Source: Parachlamydiales bacterium (GTDB lineage: Bacteria; Chlamydiota; Chlamydiia; Chlamydiales; JAJFMK01). Taken from it: a stretch of DNA of 64,000 nt. The notes under the pieces are model-generated. The model saw only the letters and a program-made list of their open reading frames with translations, was not told the origin of the DNA and did not search any database. Position numbers and translations under genes: made by a program. Shown here one piece after another: positions 21,237 through 30,759 of this stretch. Location: positions 128,001-192,000 of the forward strand of contig CAVXVG010000027.1 in NCBI GenBank assembly GCA_963765145.1, read 5' to 3'. Numbering within the stretch: position 1 is the first letter of the stretch; every line of letters starts with the position of its first letter.

Positions 21237-22193
21237 ATGAAAACTACTGTGCAATCTTCCTTGATGGCATTGCTCTTCATAGCTACCTGTTTTGTAACAG
21301 GTCCTGTCTTTGCAGACGATAGCTATGCTGAAACATATGACACTACTATTACTGACTGGTCTCCTGAGTGGGACAACGCCCAATGGGATGAAACAAATGA
21401 TTGGGCATGTTGGAGCTACGATGAGTGCTGCGCCAACGCCTCACGTGTCTATGTCGGCCCGATTTATTTCAACAGACGTCTTCACTTTAACCCAAGAAAC
21501 GAGACTATTCCTAATCTATTTGGGATGACAGGCTCTACACGTTCAAACGGTAACTTCGTTGGAGTTAACTTTGGATACGAATACAAAGAAATTTGCAATG
21601 TCTACGGACGTATTGATGCTATCTGGGATACCGGATGCCTCAAAGGGTGCGCAAGAAACAGAACTAATGACTGGTGGTTAGATGGTCGCATCGGCTGGAC
21701 ATGGGGCGAATGCTCTCCATGTGGTTGGAGCCTCACTCCATACACTGGTATCGGCTACTTCTGGATCAACAGAAGCTTCCGCCACCAACCTGTTTCTATC
21801 AGATACGAAAGCTGGTATGTACCTGTAGGTCTTTTGGCTGTTGTTGAAGTTATGCCAGATTTCACAATCGGTATTGACGGTACTTGGATGCCAGAATTCT
21901 CTTCTCGCGTTAGCCTTGACCACCATTCGTTTGTTGATCTCGATCACGGAAACAACAACCGTTATGGCTGGAGAATTGAAGTGCCCTTTACATACACACT
22001 ACCATGCAACTGGTCTGGATGTGATTGCTTGAGCGCTATGGATATCGATGTCTGCGTAGCACCGTTTTATCAACAGTTCTACTACGGACATGTTCTACCA
22101 ACAACAATTGCTGGTGTACCGACTCCTACAGCTGTTCCTCGCATTCGCGAAGACTTCTGGGGTGCTAAGTTCCTCCTAGGCGTCCGCTTCTAA
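21237..22193 (+). CDS. Cys-rich outer-membrane beta-barrel protein
   Basis: Signal peptide, amphipathic strands, many Cys, C-terminal LGVRF. Confidence 0.7.
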   Translation: MKTTVQSSLMALLFIATCFVTGPVFADDSYAETYDTTITDWSPEWDNAQWDETNDWACWSYDECCANASRVYVGPIYFNRRLHFNPRNETIPNLFGMTGSTRSNGNFVGVNFGYEYKEICNVYGRIDAIWDTGCLKGCARNRTNDWWLDGRIGWTWGECSPCGWSLTPYTGIGYFWINRSFRHQPVSIRYESWYVPVGLLAVVEVMPDFTIGIDGTWMPEFSSRVSLDHHSFVDLDHGNNNRYGWRIEVPFTYTLPCNWSGCDCLSAMDIDVCVAPFYQQFYYGHVLPTTIAGVPTPTAVPRIREDFWGAKFLLGVRF

Positions 22194-22222
22194 CTAGCGG
22201 GCTGCAAAGGCCTATTTTAAAT

Positions 22223-22272
22223 AAAAAGACGACCCAGGTGTGTGTTTACACTGCCTGGGTCGTCTTTTTTTT
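22223..22272 (+). terminator. Rho-independent terminator
   Basis: AAAAAGACGACCCAGG...CCTGGGTCGTCTTTTTTTT. Confidence 0.85.
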
Positions 22273-22378
22273 AAACTAGGCTCTTTTCGCCGCGCTAGTT
22301 CACGGTTTGGTTAGTTTATTTCCTTCGGCTGTAAAAGCCATCTTGAAAGGATTGTTGAATAGCTGATAAGGTTTTCGC

Positions 22379-22972
22379 ATGATTGAAAATATAATAAATT
22401 CAACAATAGCTCCTTGGCTTAGTCCGCAAGATCAGCTTCAAAAAGCAAAAAAGTTTGCGATAGGCGTGGCTTGCTACCCTGCTTATTTTATCGTCTGGGA
22501 ACTATCTAAAAAGGCTCTTTTCAGTATAGTAGAGAACTCGATTCCGGTAATGGAAAAAATGTCTCTATCAGGAAAAATCCTCGGAGGGATTTCATTTGGC
22601 TATCGAACAATTATTGTTATGCCGGCCCTTGAAGAGCTCCTCTTTCGACAGGTTTGGCAGACTAAAATTTTAAATGAAACTATAAAACCCCTTTTGCCAC
22701 CTTCCCTTTCAAAACGTTGGGACAGTTGGGCAGGTGTTGCTATCCGAGTCTCTATTGTGGCACCTATATTTGGACTTTGCCATTCTCCTCAACTTTTGAG
22801 AGGAGACTTTAAAGCAGAAACGTTAGCGGCCTTTTTAGGGGCAACCTTGCAGGGAATTGCATATGGCGTATTGAAAGAAAAGGTGGGCTTTTTTGCTTCC
22901 TTTGGGTTGCATGCAACGAATAATGCCCATGTGTTTTCTCTTCTTGCCCATCATATTTTCACCAAAGCCTAA
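22379..22972 (+). CDS. CPBP (CAAX/Abi) intramembrane metalloprotease
   Basis: EELLFR, FGLCH, HATNN. Confidence 0.85.
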   Translation: MIENIINSTIAPWLSPQDQLQKAKKFAIGVACYPAYFIVWELSKKALFSIVENSIPVMEKMSLSGKILGGISFGYRTIIVMPALEELLFRQVWQTKILNETIKPLLPPSLSKRWDSWAGVAIRVSIVAPIFGLCHSPQLLRGDFKAETLAAFLGATLQGIAYGVLKEKVGFFASFGLHATNNAHVFSLLAHHIFTKA

Positions 22973-22988
22973 AAAGCCGTCCCTTAAG

Positions 22989-23335
22989 TTCGCAACGCGT
23001 TTGGAGTGCTAAACTCCTGTTTAGCTTTCACTTTTCACTGACAAGTCAAAGCTAAACGGGAGTTTAGCACTCCAAACGCGTTGCGAATTAAACACCTTCC
23101 TGCACATTCGAAAATGGCCAGAATGGCCGTTTGCAGGCAGCCCGTTAAAAAAATCCACGCAAAGAGAGAAAATACATTCTTACTGCCGAAGGTTGAATAA
23201 TTAAGGTTGGGCGCCTTCAACGCTGGAATGCGCCTTAGTTGAAAAAACGAAAGCCTCGGCCTACGGAGTAGAGCCGAGGCTTTCGTTTTATTCAAATGAA
23301 GCCATTCCAGCGTTTGAAGGAACAGCGCCCACTCC
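22989..23335. mobile_element. Family A palindrome (22989-23087) plus reversed, left-truncated family C element
   Basis: TTCGCAACGCGTTTGGAGTGC...GCACTCCAAACGCGTTGCGAA, then reverse-complement match to 12314-12560 ending in AGCGCCCACTCC. Confidence 0.85.
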
Positions 23336-23338
23336 GAT

Positions 23339-24559
23339 CTAAACTAAGAAGGTGTCGGAGATAAAGGATAGAGGTGCGAATGCGGTGTTGCTTTTGAGGA
23401 TCTTGACCTCGTCGCGATGGAGAGGGAGCCCTGTGATGCCGCATGTGACGTCAAGTGTTCCCAAATCGATTTCTAGCCCTGTAGAGACCGGAAGAATCGA
23501 TGTCTTCCCCTTGCCCGATTGAAACAGATCGCTGCGCATCTTTTTTGTCACTTCGATCCGGATATCCCCTTCGGTTCCTGCAAAGTCTGCAAGTAGCATC
23601 AATTTAGGTTGAGCATTTTCTGCAAGCGTTAGTGAACCAAAATAGCCAAGCGAGTGGCTTAGAAGCTCGACCTTGCCAATGTCGTAGGCACTTGTGTGAC
23701 CAAAGCTTGCAACTAAGACATCAGTTCCCCTGCACATTTCTTTCAGTTTTTCGCTGTAAGGGGCACTTGAAAGATAGGTAAGAGAAAGAGGGTCTCCGAC
23801 CGGACGAAAAAGGTCAAAAAAGAGATGAAGGGCTCCATCATGCTTTGAAGGGACGTACCTTAAATGGGCATGAGAAGAAAGCTCTAACGTTTCTCCATTC
23901 GTCGAATCTAAAAACAGATCGAAAGCGCTTACCATGTCTCTTTCTTGCTTATAAATAGGCTTAAGGTATGGTGCATAGTTTTCATGAACAGCACGTTCGA
24001 GAGTGTACTGGATGAAGTGGGTGGTTTCTGCTGCTTTATTCGTCTTTAGATTGAGTTCGTAAATAGCCAGAAGATCTCTTGTGTGCTCTTCATTATTCTC
24101 TGTGACGATGACATGATCGATATCACGAACGGTATAACCTGCTTTATGGAATCGGTCTAAAAATTCACGTCCTGGGTTGATGGCAATGCCGGTTGATTCC
24201 CAAGCAAAGAATAAGCCGCCAGAAGCTTGAAATGGGCCTTGGTGAGGCGCCCCGGCTCGACGAGCTTCAGACCAACCTTCCAAGAAGAAAAGATGATTGC
24301 CTTTCTCCCCTTTCTTTTTAGGACGAAGAGAATAACGGAGCAGCGCATCTTGCGACTGTTTCAAATAGCTTTCAACTCGCTCTTCAAGTGAAACATGCAG
24401 TGCGTCCTGTGAAGTTTCAACAGTAGGTGGCGACGAGATGGTAGGGGTGCCAGTGACAAAGCGAGAAAGCTCTTCAAAAAGAGACTCTTCCGATTTAGTA
24501 TCATTTTCAACTGAATAAAGACCAAAAAGATTGCTTTTATCATCCATAAAAAACTCCAA
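23339..24559 (-). CDS. Hypothetical protein, degenerate MBL-like fold
   Basis: GIAINPG...F...G....DIDHVIVT resembles an MBL N-terminus, but HxHxDH is replaced by ENNEEH. Confidence 0.55.
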   Translation of the reverse strand: MEFFMDDKSNLFGLYSVENDTKSEESLFEELSRFVTGTPTISSPPTVETSQDALHVSLEERVESYLKQSQDALLRYSLRPKKKGEKGNHLFFLEGWSEARRAGAPHQGPFQASGGLFFAWESTGIAINPGREFLDRFHKAGYTVRDIDHVIVTENNEEHTRDLLAIYELNLKTNKAAETTHFIQYTLERAVHENYAPYLKPIYKQERDMVSAFDLFLDSTNGETLELSSHAHLRYVPSKHDGALHLFFDLFRPVGDPLSLTYLSSAPYSEKLKEMCRGTDVLVASFGHTSAYDIGKVELLSHSLGYFGSLTLAENAQPKLMLLADFAGTEGDIRIEVTKKMRSDLFQSGKGKTSILPVSTGLEIDLGTLDVTCGITGLPLHRDEVKILKSNTAFAPLSFISDTFLV

Positions 24560-24609
24560 GTGTTAAGGTGTAGATTACCTGGCTTATTTGGCTCACGTCA
24601 AAGGAATTC

Positions 24610-25941
24610 ATGCTTCTTAGAAAATCTCCTATCGAGTTAACCAATTATAGCGAGTTAGAACTGACTCGACATGTAGTAAACTTATCTAGAGAAAATGTTG
24701 GAATCGATGTATGTCCTTATCCTTTAGGTAGCTGCACGATGAAATTTAATCCAAGAGCACTCGAAAAAGCAGCCGGTTTTATAGGATTTTCTACTGCACA
24801 CCCATTAGCCCCTGAGCACACGGTTCAAGGGAGCTTAGAGGTTATTAAAAATTTTACAGATTTCTTGGTCGATCTATTAGGAATGGATGGAGGGACTTTC
24901 TCTCCCTATGCAGGTGCACAAGGGGAATTTGTCGGTCTTCATTTGATCAAAGCTTATCACCAATCAAATGGCCAGGTGCGAGATGAGATCTTAATACCGA
25001 ATGCTGCCCATGGGACAAATCCAGCCTCTGCCAGCATGTTGGGATACAAAATCATCACACTTTCTACAACCAAAGAGGGAGATGTTGATGTAGAGGAAAT
25101 CAAAAGAGTCCTTTCTTCTAAAACAGCTGGGTTGATGCTAACAAACCCTAATACGCTCGGCATTTTTTCTCCTTCGATTTTGCAAATCAGCGAGGCGGTC
25201 CATAGTTGCGGAGGGCTACTTTATTACGATGGTGCAAACTTGAATCCGCTGGCAGGTGTTGTCAAAGTGGGGGAAATGGGCTTTGATGTTCTGCACTTAA
25301 ACCTTCATAAAACCTTTGCGACATTTCATGGAAGTGGCGGCCCTGGTTCTGGTCCTGTCTTCTGCAAAAAGCAGTTGCTCCCTTTTTTACCTGCTCCTTT
25401 AGTTGAGGAAACAGCAGAAGGATATCGGTGGCAAAACAAAAGCGAACAAGCAATCGGCAGACCCTCTCCATTTCAAGGCAATTTCGGCATTGTTTTGATG
25501 GGTTATTTGTATTCGTTGCTACTTGGTAAATCGGGTTTACAAAAGAGTGCATATGCGGCGACATTACATGCAAACTATGTAAAACAGGGAGCAGAGAAAT
25601 TCTTTGAATCGCCATTTAAAGCTCACAGTCTGCACGAGTTCATTTTGTCGATGACAAAATTTAAAGAAAAAGGGATTACGGCTCTTGATTTGGCGAAAAG
25701 GATGATCGATTTTGGCATTCATCCCCCCACCATCTATTTTCCTCGGATCATCGAAGAGGGTTTTTTATTTGAACCGACCGAATCAGAATCCTTCGAGACG
25801 CTCAACAGAATGATCGACTGTTTCAGAAAGCTATCTGAAGAAGGGGAAAACAACCCCGACATGATCAAGCAGGCTCCCCATACAACCGCGATCCAACGTC
25901 CCGACGAAGCCAAAGCCGCCAAAGACATGAAAGTCGTTTAG
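24610..25941 (+). CDS. gcvPB: Glycine dehydrogenase subunit 2 (P-protein beta)
   Basis: YPLGSCTMKFNP, AHGTNPASA, MLTNPNTLG, YYDGANLN, HLNLHKTF (PLP Lys), EPTESES. Confidence 0.9.
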   Translation: MLLRKSPIELTNYSELELTRHVVNLSRENVGIDVCPYPLGSCTMKFNPRALEKAAGFIGFSTAHPLAPEHTVQGSLEVIKNFTDFLVDLLGMDGGTFSPYAGAQGEFVGLHLIKAYHQSNGQVRDEILIPNAAHGTNPASASMLGYKIITLSTTKEGDVDVEEIKRVLSSKTAGLMLTNPNTLGIFSPSILQISEAVHSCGGLLYYDGANLNPLAGVVKVGEMGFDVLHLNLHKTFATFHGSGGPGSGPVFCKKQLLPFLPAPLVEETAEGYRWQNKSEQAIGRPSPFQGNFGIVLMGYLYSLLLGKSGLQKSAYAATLHANYVKQGAEKFFESPFKAHSLHEFILSMTKFKEKGITALDLAKRMIDFGIHPPTIYFPRIIEEGFLFEPTESESFETLNRMIDCFRKLSEEGENNPDMIKQAPHTTAIQRPDEAKAAKDMKVV

Positions 25942-25962
25942 AGGCCTTTTTCACACGATCAC

Positions 25963-26082
25963 TCCCTTGCCCGAATTTTTAATTAAGAGTTTTTTTGCAT
26001 TGTTGTTTAAGTTGGAAGGGAATTACAGACTTTTGGCAAGGGCAAGGGCAAGGGCAAGGGCAAGGCAGGGCAAGGGCAAGGG
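25963..26082. repeat. Family E hexamer (GGGCAA/GGGCAC) palindromic repeat
   Basis: CCCTTGCCCGAA left arm; tandem GGCAAG units at 26035-26081. Confidence 0.8.
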
Positions 26083-26085
26083 TTG

Positions 26086-26784
26086 TTACTGCTTGAGAAT
26101 CTCTTCTTTGACGATGCCTTGGTCGATGACCTCTTTGGTAGGGCTGGCAAGCTTAATGCCTGTAAACCCTTGAAAGGCCATGGCCATTAAACCACTCATG
26201 ATGAAGGTAATGCCCATCCATTTAAGCCCTGGCATGATGTGAGAATACCGAAGCTTTTCTCTAATGGCAGCAATCAATGCGATGGCCAGCCACCAACCCA
26301 TTCCGGAACCAAAGACATAAACCATGTTCGGAATGAAAGGATATTCCCGTGTGACTGCAAAAAGGCAAGCCCCAAGGATTGCGCAGTTAACCGCTATCAA
26401 AGGCAAATAGAGGCCTAAAGACATGTACAATGCGGGTGAAAACTTCTCGATGATGATTTCTAAAATCTGCGTAAACGCCGCAATAACCGAAATGAAAAGG
26501 AGGAATTGCAAGAAGGACAAGTTGATTTTAGAGGCGTCGATCCCGATAAAAGAGAGCCAGCTTAAAGCGCCGGGAGCAGTGATAAATTGAGCCACACACC
26601 AATTCAAGATGCCTGAAACGGTAAGGACAAATACCACGGCAACGCCAAGCCCGTTGGCTGTTTTCAGGTTGCTAGAGCAAGCTAGGTAAGTACACATGCC
26701 TAAGAAGTTTGCCAAGAGGAAGTTTTCTATAAAGATCGATTGAATTAAAAGACCAATCAGATTAATCGGTTCGTATTCTCCCAT
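26086..26784 (-). CDS. nqrE: Na+-translocating NADH:quinone reductase subunit E
   Basis: FLGMCTYLACS, LPLIAVNCAILG; operon order. Confidence 0.95.
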   Translation of the reverse strand: MGEYEPINLIGLLIQSIFIENFLLANFLGMCTYLACSSNLKTANGLGVAVVFVLTVSGILNWCVAQFITAPGALSWLSFIGIDASKINLSFLQFLLFISVIAAFTQILEIIIEKFSPALYMSLGLYLPLIAVNCAILGACLFAVTREYPFIPNMVYVFGSGMGWWLAIALIAAIREKLRYSHIMPGLKWMGITFIMSGLMAMAFQGFTGIKLASPTKEVIDQGIVKEEILKQ

Positions 26785-27429
26785 CTATTTCTTGGCCCCT
26801 TTTGCTTTGCGTGACTCTGCAATCCAAATCATGATGCCAATGATAAAAAAAGCAGCCGGCGGGCTGACCATGATGGCAAAATTTTCGTAGAGATTTGGGT
26901 TTTCAGCTGTTGCATACCAAGACAGCGGGATGATTTGATAACCAAAAAGCTGCCCAAAACCTAAAAATTCTCGTATGGCTGCAACAATGGCAAGCACCCA
27001 GGCATAGCCAAGGCCTGCGCCTAAACCATCCAAAAAGGCAGGGACAGGACTCACATTTTTTGCCATCCCCTCTGCACGTCCCATGACGATGCAGTTAGTG
27101 ATGATCAAGCCTACAAAGACAGAGAGTATTTTTGAGATGGGGAAAAAGTAGGCCTTTAAAAATTCATCAATGATGGTGACAAAAACCGAGATGATCGCCA
27201 GTTGGGTGATCATCCTGACACTATCAGGGGTATAATTTCTTAAGAGAGAGACCAAAAATGAGGAGCAAGAGGTGACAAAAGCAACCGACAGCCCCATCGT
27301 CAACCCAACAGAAAGACGATTGGTAACACCAAGCGCAGAACAGATTCCCAAAACAGCAACTAAAACCTGGTTGTTGCTAAAGAGCTGATCAAAAAAATAA
27401 AAACTATTTTTAGGGCTATTTTGTGCCAT
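26785..27429 (-). CDS. nqrD: NQR subunit D
   Basis: [28 protein letters not shown]; likely start MAQN at 27429. Confidence 0.95.
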   Translation of the reverse strand: MAQNSPKNSFYFFDQLFSNNQVLVAVLGICSALGVTNRLSVGLTMGLSVAFVTSCSSFLVSLLRNYTPDSVRMITQLAIISVFVTIIDEFLKAYFFPISKILSVFVGLIITNCIVMGRAEGMAKNVSPVPAFLDGLGAGLGYAWVLAIVAAIREFLGFGQLFGYQIIPLSWYATAENPNLYENFAIMVSPPAAFFIIGIMIWIAESRKAKGAKK

Positions 27430-28312
27430 TTTTTTCACTCTGAAGTTTGACAAGGAAAGGGCGATAGCCGGTTAGTACATCGGTGAAAGCGGCTGTGACC
27501 CCATTTCCCGTTAATGTGGCACCTGCCATTCCGTCGACAGCATTTTTTGCTCGGGGCTGGTTGCCAAAAACTTCGTTTACCTTACCTCGTACAACAACGA
27601 TGCCAAGAGGAGCTGTTTTTAAATCTGTTTGACCATCTGGCGAGGGTTGAAAAATCACTTTTCCGGGGAATTGTTTTTGCCAACTCCATTCAGTTATATT
27701 AGCACCAAGCCCAGGCGTTTCCTTTTGGTCGTACCAGCTTGTTCCAATCACAGTGTTGCCATCCGGTTTGATGGCCAAATAGCCATAGATGGCATCCCAA
27801 AGTCCATATCCATTGATCGGAATAATCCACCCCTCGGGTTGATCTCCTTCGTTTGGCAGTATTTGGTAGATCAACTTCCAAGGACGTGTGAAATAGCCTA
27901 CCTTTTTGAATTCATCTAGGTACTTATTGTAGGGGATATTTTCTTTCTCAAACGTTGAAAGCTCTCCCTTATCATTCACAACAAAAGGGCGAATCCTTCT
28001 GGTGTAAACGGTCAACACTTCACTTTCTGTTGGGGTGATTTCCCGATCAGTTCTAACAAGCTCTCCCCCTTTTTCCACTTGTGCAGGAAGGTCGAGTCCG
28101 TCGGCATTTGGCAGTTGAAAAAAGCCTTTACTATTAAGGATTAAGGCGCTTTTTAACATCTCCTTGCTTCGATCAAGCTCTCTTGCTTCTTGTTGGGGCA
28201 CCCGCAAAGCGCTTGCCATCACCGATAGGATGAGGGCGGCAACAAAGCTTAAGATCACCATGAAAACAAGCGTTCCCTGAGGTGTGAATCCTTTAGGTCT
28301 TCCTGAAGACAA
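27416..28312 (-). CDS. nqrC: NQR subunit C
   Basis: [29 protein letters not shown] motif. Confidence 0.95.
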   Translation of the reverse strand: MSSGRPKGFTPQGTLVFMVILSFVAALILSVMASALRVPQQEARELDRSKEMLKSALILNSKGFFQLPNADGLDLPAQVEKGGELVRTDREITPTESEVLTVYTRRIRPFVVNDKGELSTFEKENIPYNKYLDEFKKVGYFTRPWKLIYQILPNEGDQPEGWIIPINGYGLWDAIYGYLAIKPDGNTVIGTSWYDQKETPGLGANITEWSWQKQFPGKVIFQPSPDGQTDLKTAPLGIVVVRGKVNEVFGNQPRAKNAVDGMAGATLTGNGVTAAFTDVLTGYRPFLVKLQSEKNGTK

Positions 28313-29822
28313 GGGCCCTCCTTCTTTGGAAGATGATAGAGTAGTGATCGATCAGAGGGGCAAACACATTGGCCATGATGATGGCAAGCATGACCCCTTC
28401 CGGATAAGCAGGATTGATTAAACGGATGGTAATCGTCACAAGGCCAATCATAAGGCCATAGATCCACTGCCCCAGTTTAGTGGCAGGCGAGGAGACCGGG
28501 TCGGTTGCCATGAAGATATATCCAAAGGCCAGCCCTCCGAGCAGCAACTGTTTGTAAGGAGGAAAGGCAAAAGAGCCCGGATTCCACGCTCCACCATCAG
28601 CGCCAAAGAAACTTGCGCTGAAATTTAATAGAGTCGCGGTTAAAAAAGCCCCTAGGAAGCAAGCTACCATGGTTCTCCACGAACCGATCCCGGTAACGAC
28701 TAAGAAAATTCCACCTAGAATTGCTGCTAGAGTAGAGGTTTCTCCCATACTGCCTACCTTATTGCCAAAGAAATAGCTTCCATCGCTTTGTAAAGGGGAT
28801 AGGCCATACGAGACATCGGCAAGGCGCCAAGCGTCGTCGAAAGAGCCGCTCGAAAGGCCAAGTCCGCCCTCGCCAGGTGGCGAAGTGACAAACGACTTTA
28901 AGTCTGCAACCGGTAGATCGGTTAATGTTCCTTCGTGACCAGCTGCCTTCCATTTTTCAAAGGCCTTTTCTAATGCAGGGTAGGTAGAAACTTTATCTCC
29001 GACTTCTTGAACTGCGATCGCATCGACATGGATTTTCTTGATGTCGTGCGAAACATTCATCCTCATCAGGGGGGAGGCCTGGCTGTAGCCATCCACTCCT
29101 AACTTTCCAGCCTCATTATTCATCTTTACAAGGCTTTCTCTAACAGTTGTTGGATTAGTCCCAACCCAAACATCTCCCGACATTCTTCCCGGGAAGGTAA
29201 AAAAGAGAAAGGCGCGGCAAGCAAGGGCGGGATTCATGATGTTCTGTCCCGTTCCTCCAAACACCTCTTTTGAGAGAAAAACCCCTACTGCTACGCCCAC
29301 AGCAACCATCCAATAGGGAATTGTGGGAGGCAAGATCAAGGGATAGAGCATGCCGGTGACTAAAAAGCCTTCAGCCAGTTCGTGGCCCCGAATCAGCGCA
29401 AAGATGGCTTCGACAAGACCTCCTACTGCGTAAGAAATGATGACAATGGGAAGGAACGCAAGAGAGCCTCGTTTGAGAATTTCAATCCAACGGTCATCCT
29501 TCAAGGCAAATTGAAAATAGTGATCAAAGCTGGATAAAGAGGATAAATATTCATCCATCAAGTGGTAGTTGCCGGAAGAATAGACCAAGTCTTGCAACCC
29601 GGTATTCCAAATGGCCATTAAGATGGAGGGGATCAAAGCGACAACCACAAGAAGCATCCAACGCTTCACATCGACAGCATCTCGTATGTGAGGGGCTTCT
29701 TTTGTGTTGTCTTTTGGCTCGTAAAAAAAAGTGTCCAATGAGGTTATCAAAGGGCGAAGTGGATGAAGCCGACTTCCTTTCTCGGTAAGTCTATATTGAA
29801 AATCAAAAAAACGACGCAGCAT
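28293..29822 (-). CDS. nqrB: NQR subunit B
   Basis: HIRDAVDVKRWM, KEVFGGTG, GSMGETS, FMATDPVS, YPEGVMLAI; likely start MLRR at 29822. Confidence 0.95.
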   Translation of the reverse strand: MLRRFFDFQYRLTEKGSRLHPLRPLITSLDTFFYEPKDNTKEAPHIRDAVDVKRWMLLVVVALIPSILMAIWNTGLQDLVYSSGNYHLMDEYLSSLSSFDHYFQFALKDDRWIEILKRGSLAFLPIVIISYAVGGLVEAIFALIRGHELAEGFLVTGMLYPLILPPTIPYWMVAVGVAVGVFLSKEVFGGTGQNIMNPALACRAFLFFTFPGRMSGDVWVGTNPTTVRESLVKMNNEAGKLGVDGYSQASPLMRMNVSHDIKKIHVDAIAVQEVGDKVSTYPALEKAFEKWKAAGHEGTLTDLPVADLKSFVTSPPGEGGLGLSSGSFDDAWRLADVSYGLSPLQSDGSYFFGNKVGSMGETSTLAAILGGIFLVVTGIGSWRTMVACFLGAFLTATLLNFSASFFGADGGAWNPGSFAFPPYKQLLLGGLAFGYIFMATDPVSSPATKLGQWIYGLMIGLVTITIRLINPAYPEGVMLAIIMANVFAPLIDHYSIIFQRRRALVFRKT

Positions 29823-29889
29823 TGAACCGTTACAATCTCTATGAAAGCTCCAAATCCTAACACAAATAAACATACTTGTACCAAGGAAG

Positions 29890-30044
29890 AAACGTGCCCG
29901 TGCCCTTGCCCTTGCCCGAAACTCTTTTGTAAAGAATCTAACTACTTCGCAACGCGTTTGGAGTGCTCTACGCCCGTTTAGCCTTTCACTTTCACTGATA
30001 AGTCAAAGCTAAACGGGCGTAGAGCACTCCAAACGCGTTGCGAA
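29890..30044. repeat. Family E half element (29890-29920) followed by family A palindrome variant (29946-30044)
   Basis: AACGTGCCCGTGCCCTTGCCCTTGCCCGAA; TTCGCAACGCGTTTGGAGTGCTCTACGCCCGTTTAGC / GCTAAACGGGCGTAGAGCACTCCAAACGCGTTGCGAA. Confidence 0.9.
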
Positions 30045-30054
30045 ATTACTAAAC

Positions 30055-30756
30055 TTATTGGGAAACAGCTTCCAACTGGAGTTTGCGGATGACGAGCGTG
30101 GGGTCTGAATCAATAATTTGTTTGGCTTTATCCAAATAGAGCTGACTGGCAGCGGGATCATCCTGCTTCAACAGTTTCGCCAATCGCAAATAAGCCCCTG
30201 AAGTCCAAACATGGATTAAAAAGGGATCAACATCTTTAGCTTTAGATTGGATCATGTCGATCCCTTCCAGCAACTTAGCTTTTCCCTCTTCTTTTTTCCC
30301 CGATAAATAAAGGGCTTCACCCAAATGGGCAGTCCAATCCCCTTTTTGGGCATCGTTAGAGGGATAAAAGACGAGCGCAGATTGAAAGGCTTGTTCTGCA
30401 GATGAATACTCTTGTAAAAGCAGGTCTGCTTGACCCTTTAAGAAATAGACCAGGTGTTTGTTTTGCAGCCCTTTTTCTTTCGAAATCCTTTCCAGAGCCT
30501 CGGTTTCTGTTTTTACTAAAATCGCAAAAACTTTATCGTTAGTTTTATAATAAAGATGCTTCCACGACAAAATCTGCCCTGTTAATGCAGAAACAAGGGC
30601 TTGGTCCTCTTTTTCGTTCGCCGCTTGGACTAGAAGGATATTGTACAATTCTATCGCTTCTAAGCTTTTGCCCTGCTCTCGCAAAGTGTCGGCTTGGTTT
30701 AATAACGCTACATCTGAAGCTGCAAATGTTAATGCCAACAATAGAGAAAGAAACAT
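30055..30756 (-). CDS. Exported TPR-like helical repeat protein
   Basis: Short signal peptide; helical repeats (HLGEALYLSGKKEEG). Confidence 0.65.
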   Translation of the reverse strand: MFLSLLLALTFAASDVALLNQADTLREQGKSLEAIELYNILLVQAANEKEDQALVSALTGQILSWKHLYYKTNDKVFAILVKTETEALERISKEKGLQNKHLVYFLKGQADLLLQEYSSAEQAFQSALVFYPSNDAQKGDWTAHLGEALYLSGKKEEGKAKLLEGIDMIQSKAKDVDPFLIHVWTSGAYLRLAKLLKQDDPAASQLYLDKAKQIIDSDPTLVIRKLQLEAVSQ

Positions 30757-30759
30757 CTG

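Noticed and set aside
22322..23335. CPBP gene carried by a composite family C element
   Set aside because: Only a ~15-bp C-like fragment (CCTTCGGCTGTAAAA) lies on the left, with no terminal repeat or target duplication.
26086..29822. Missing nqrA and nqrF as a defective NQR
   Set aside because: In chlamydiae nqrA and nqrF are normally encoded away from nqrBCDE.
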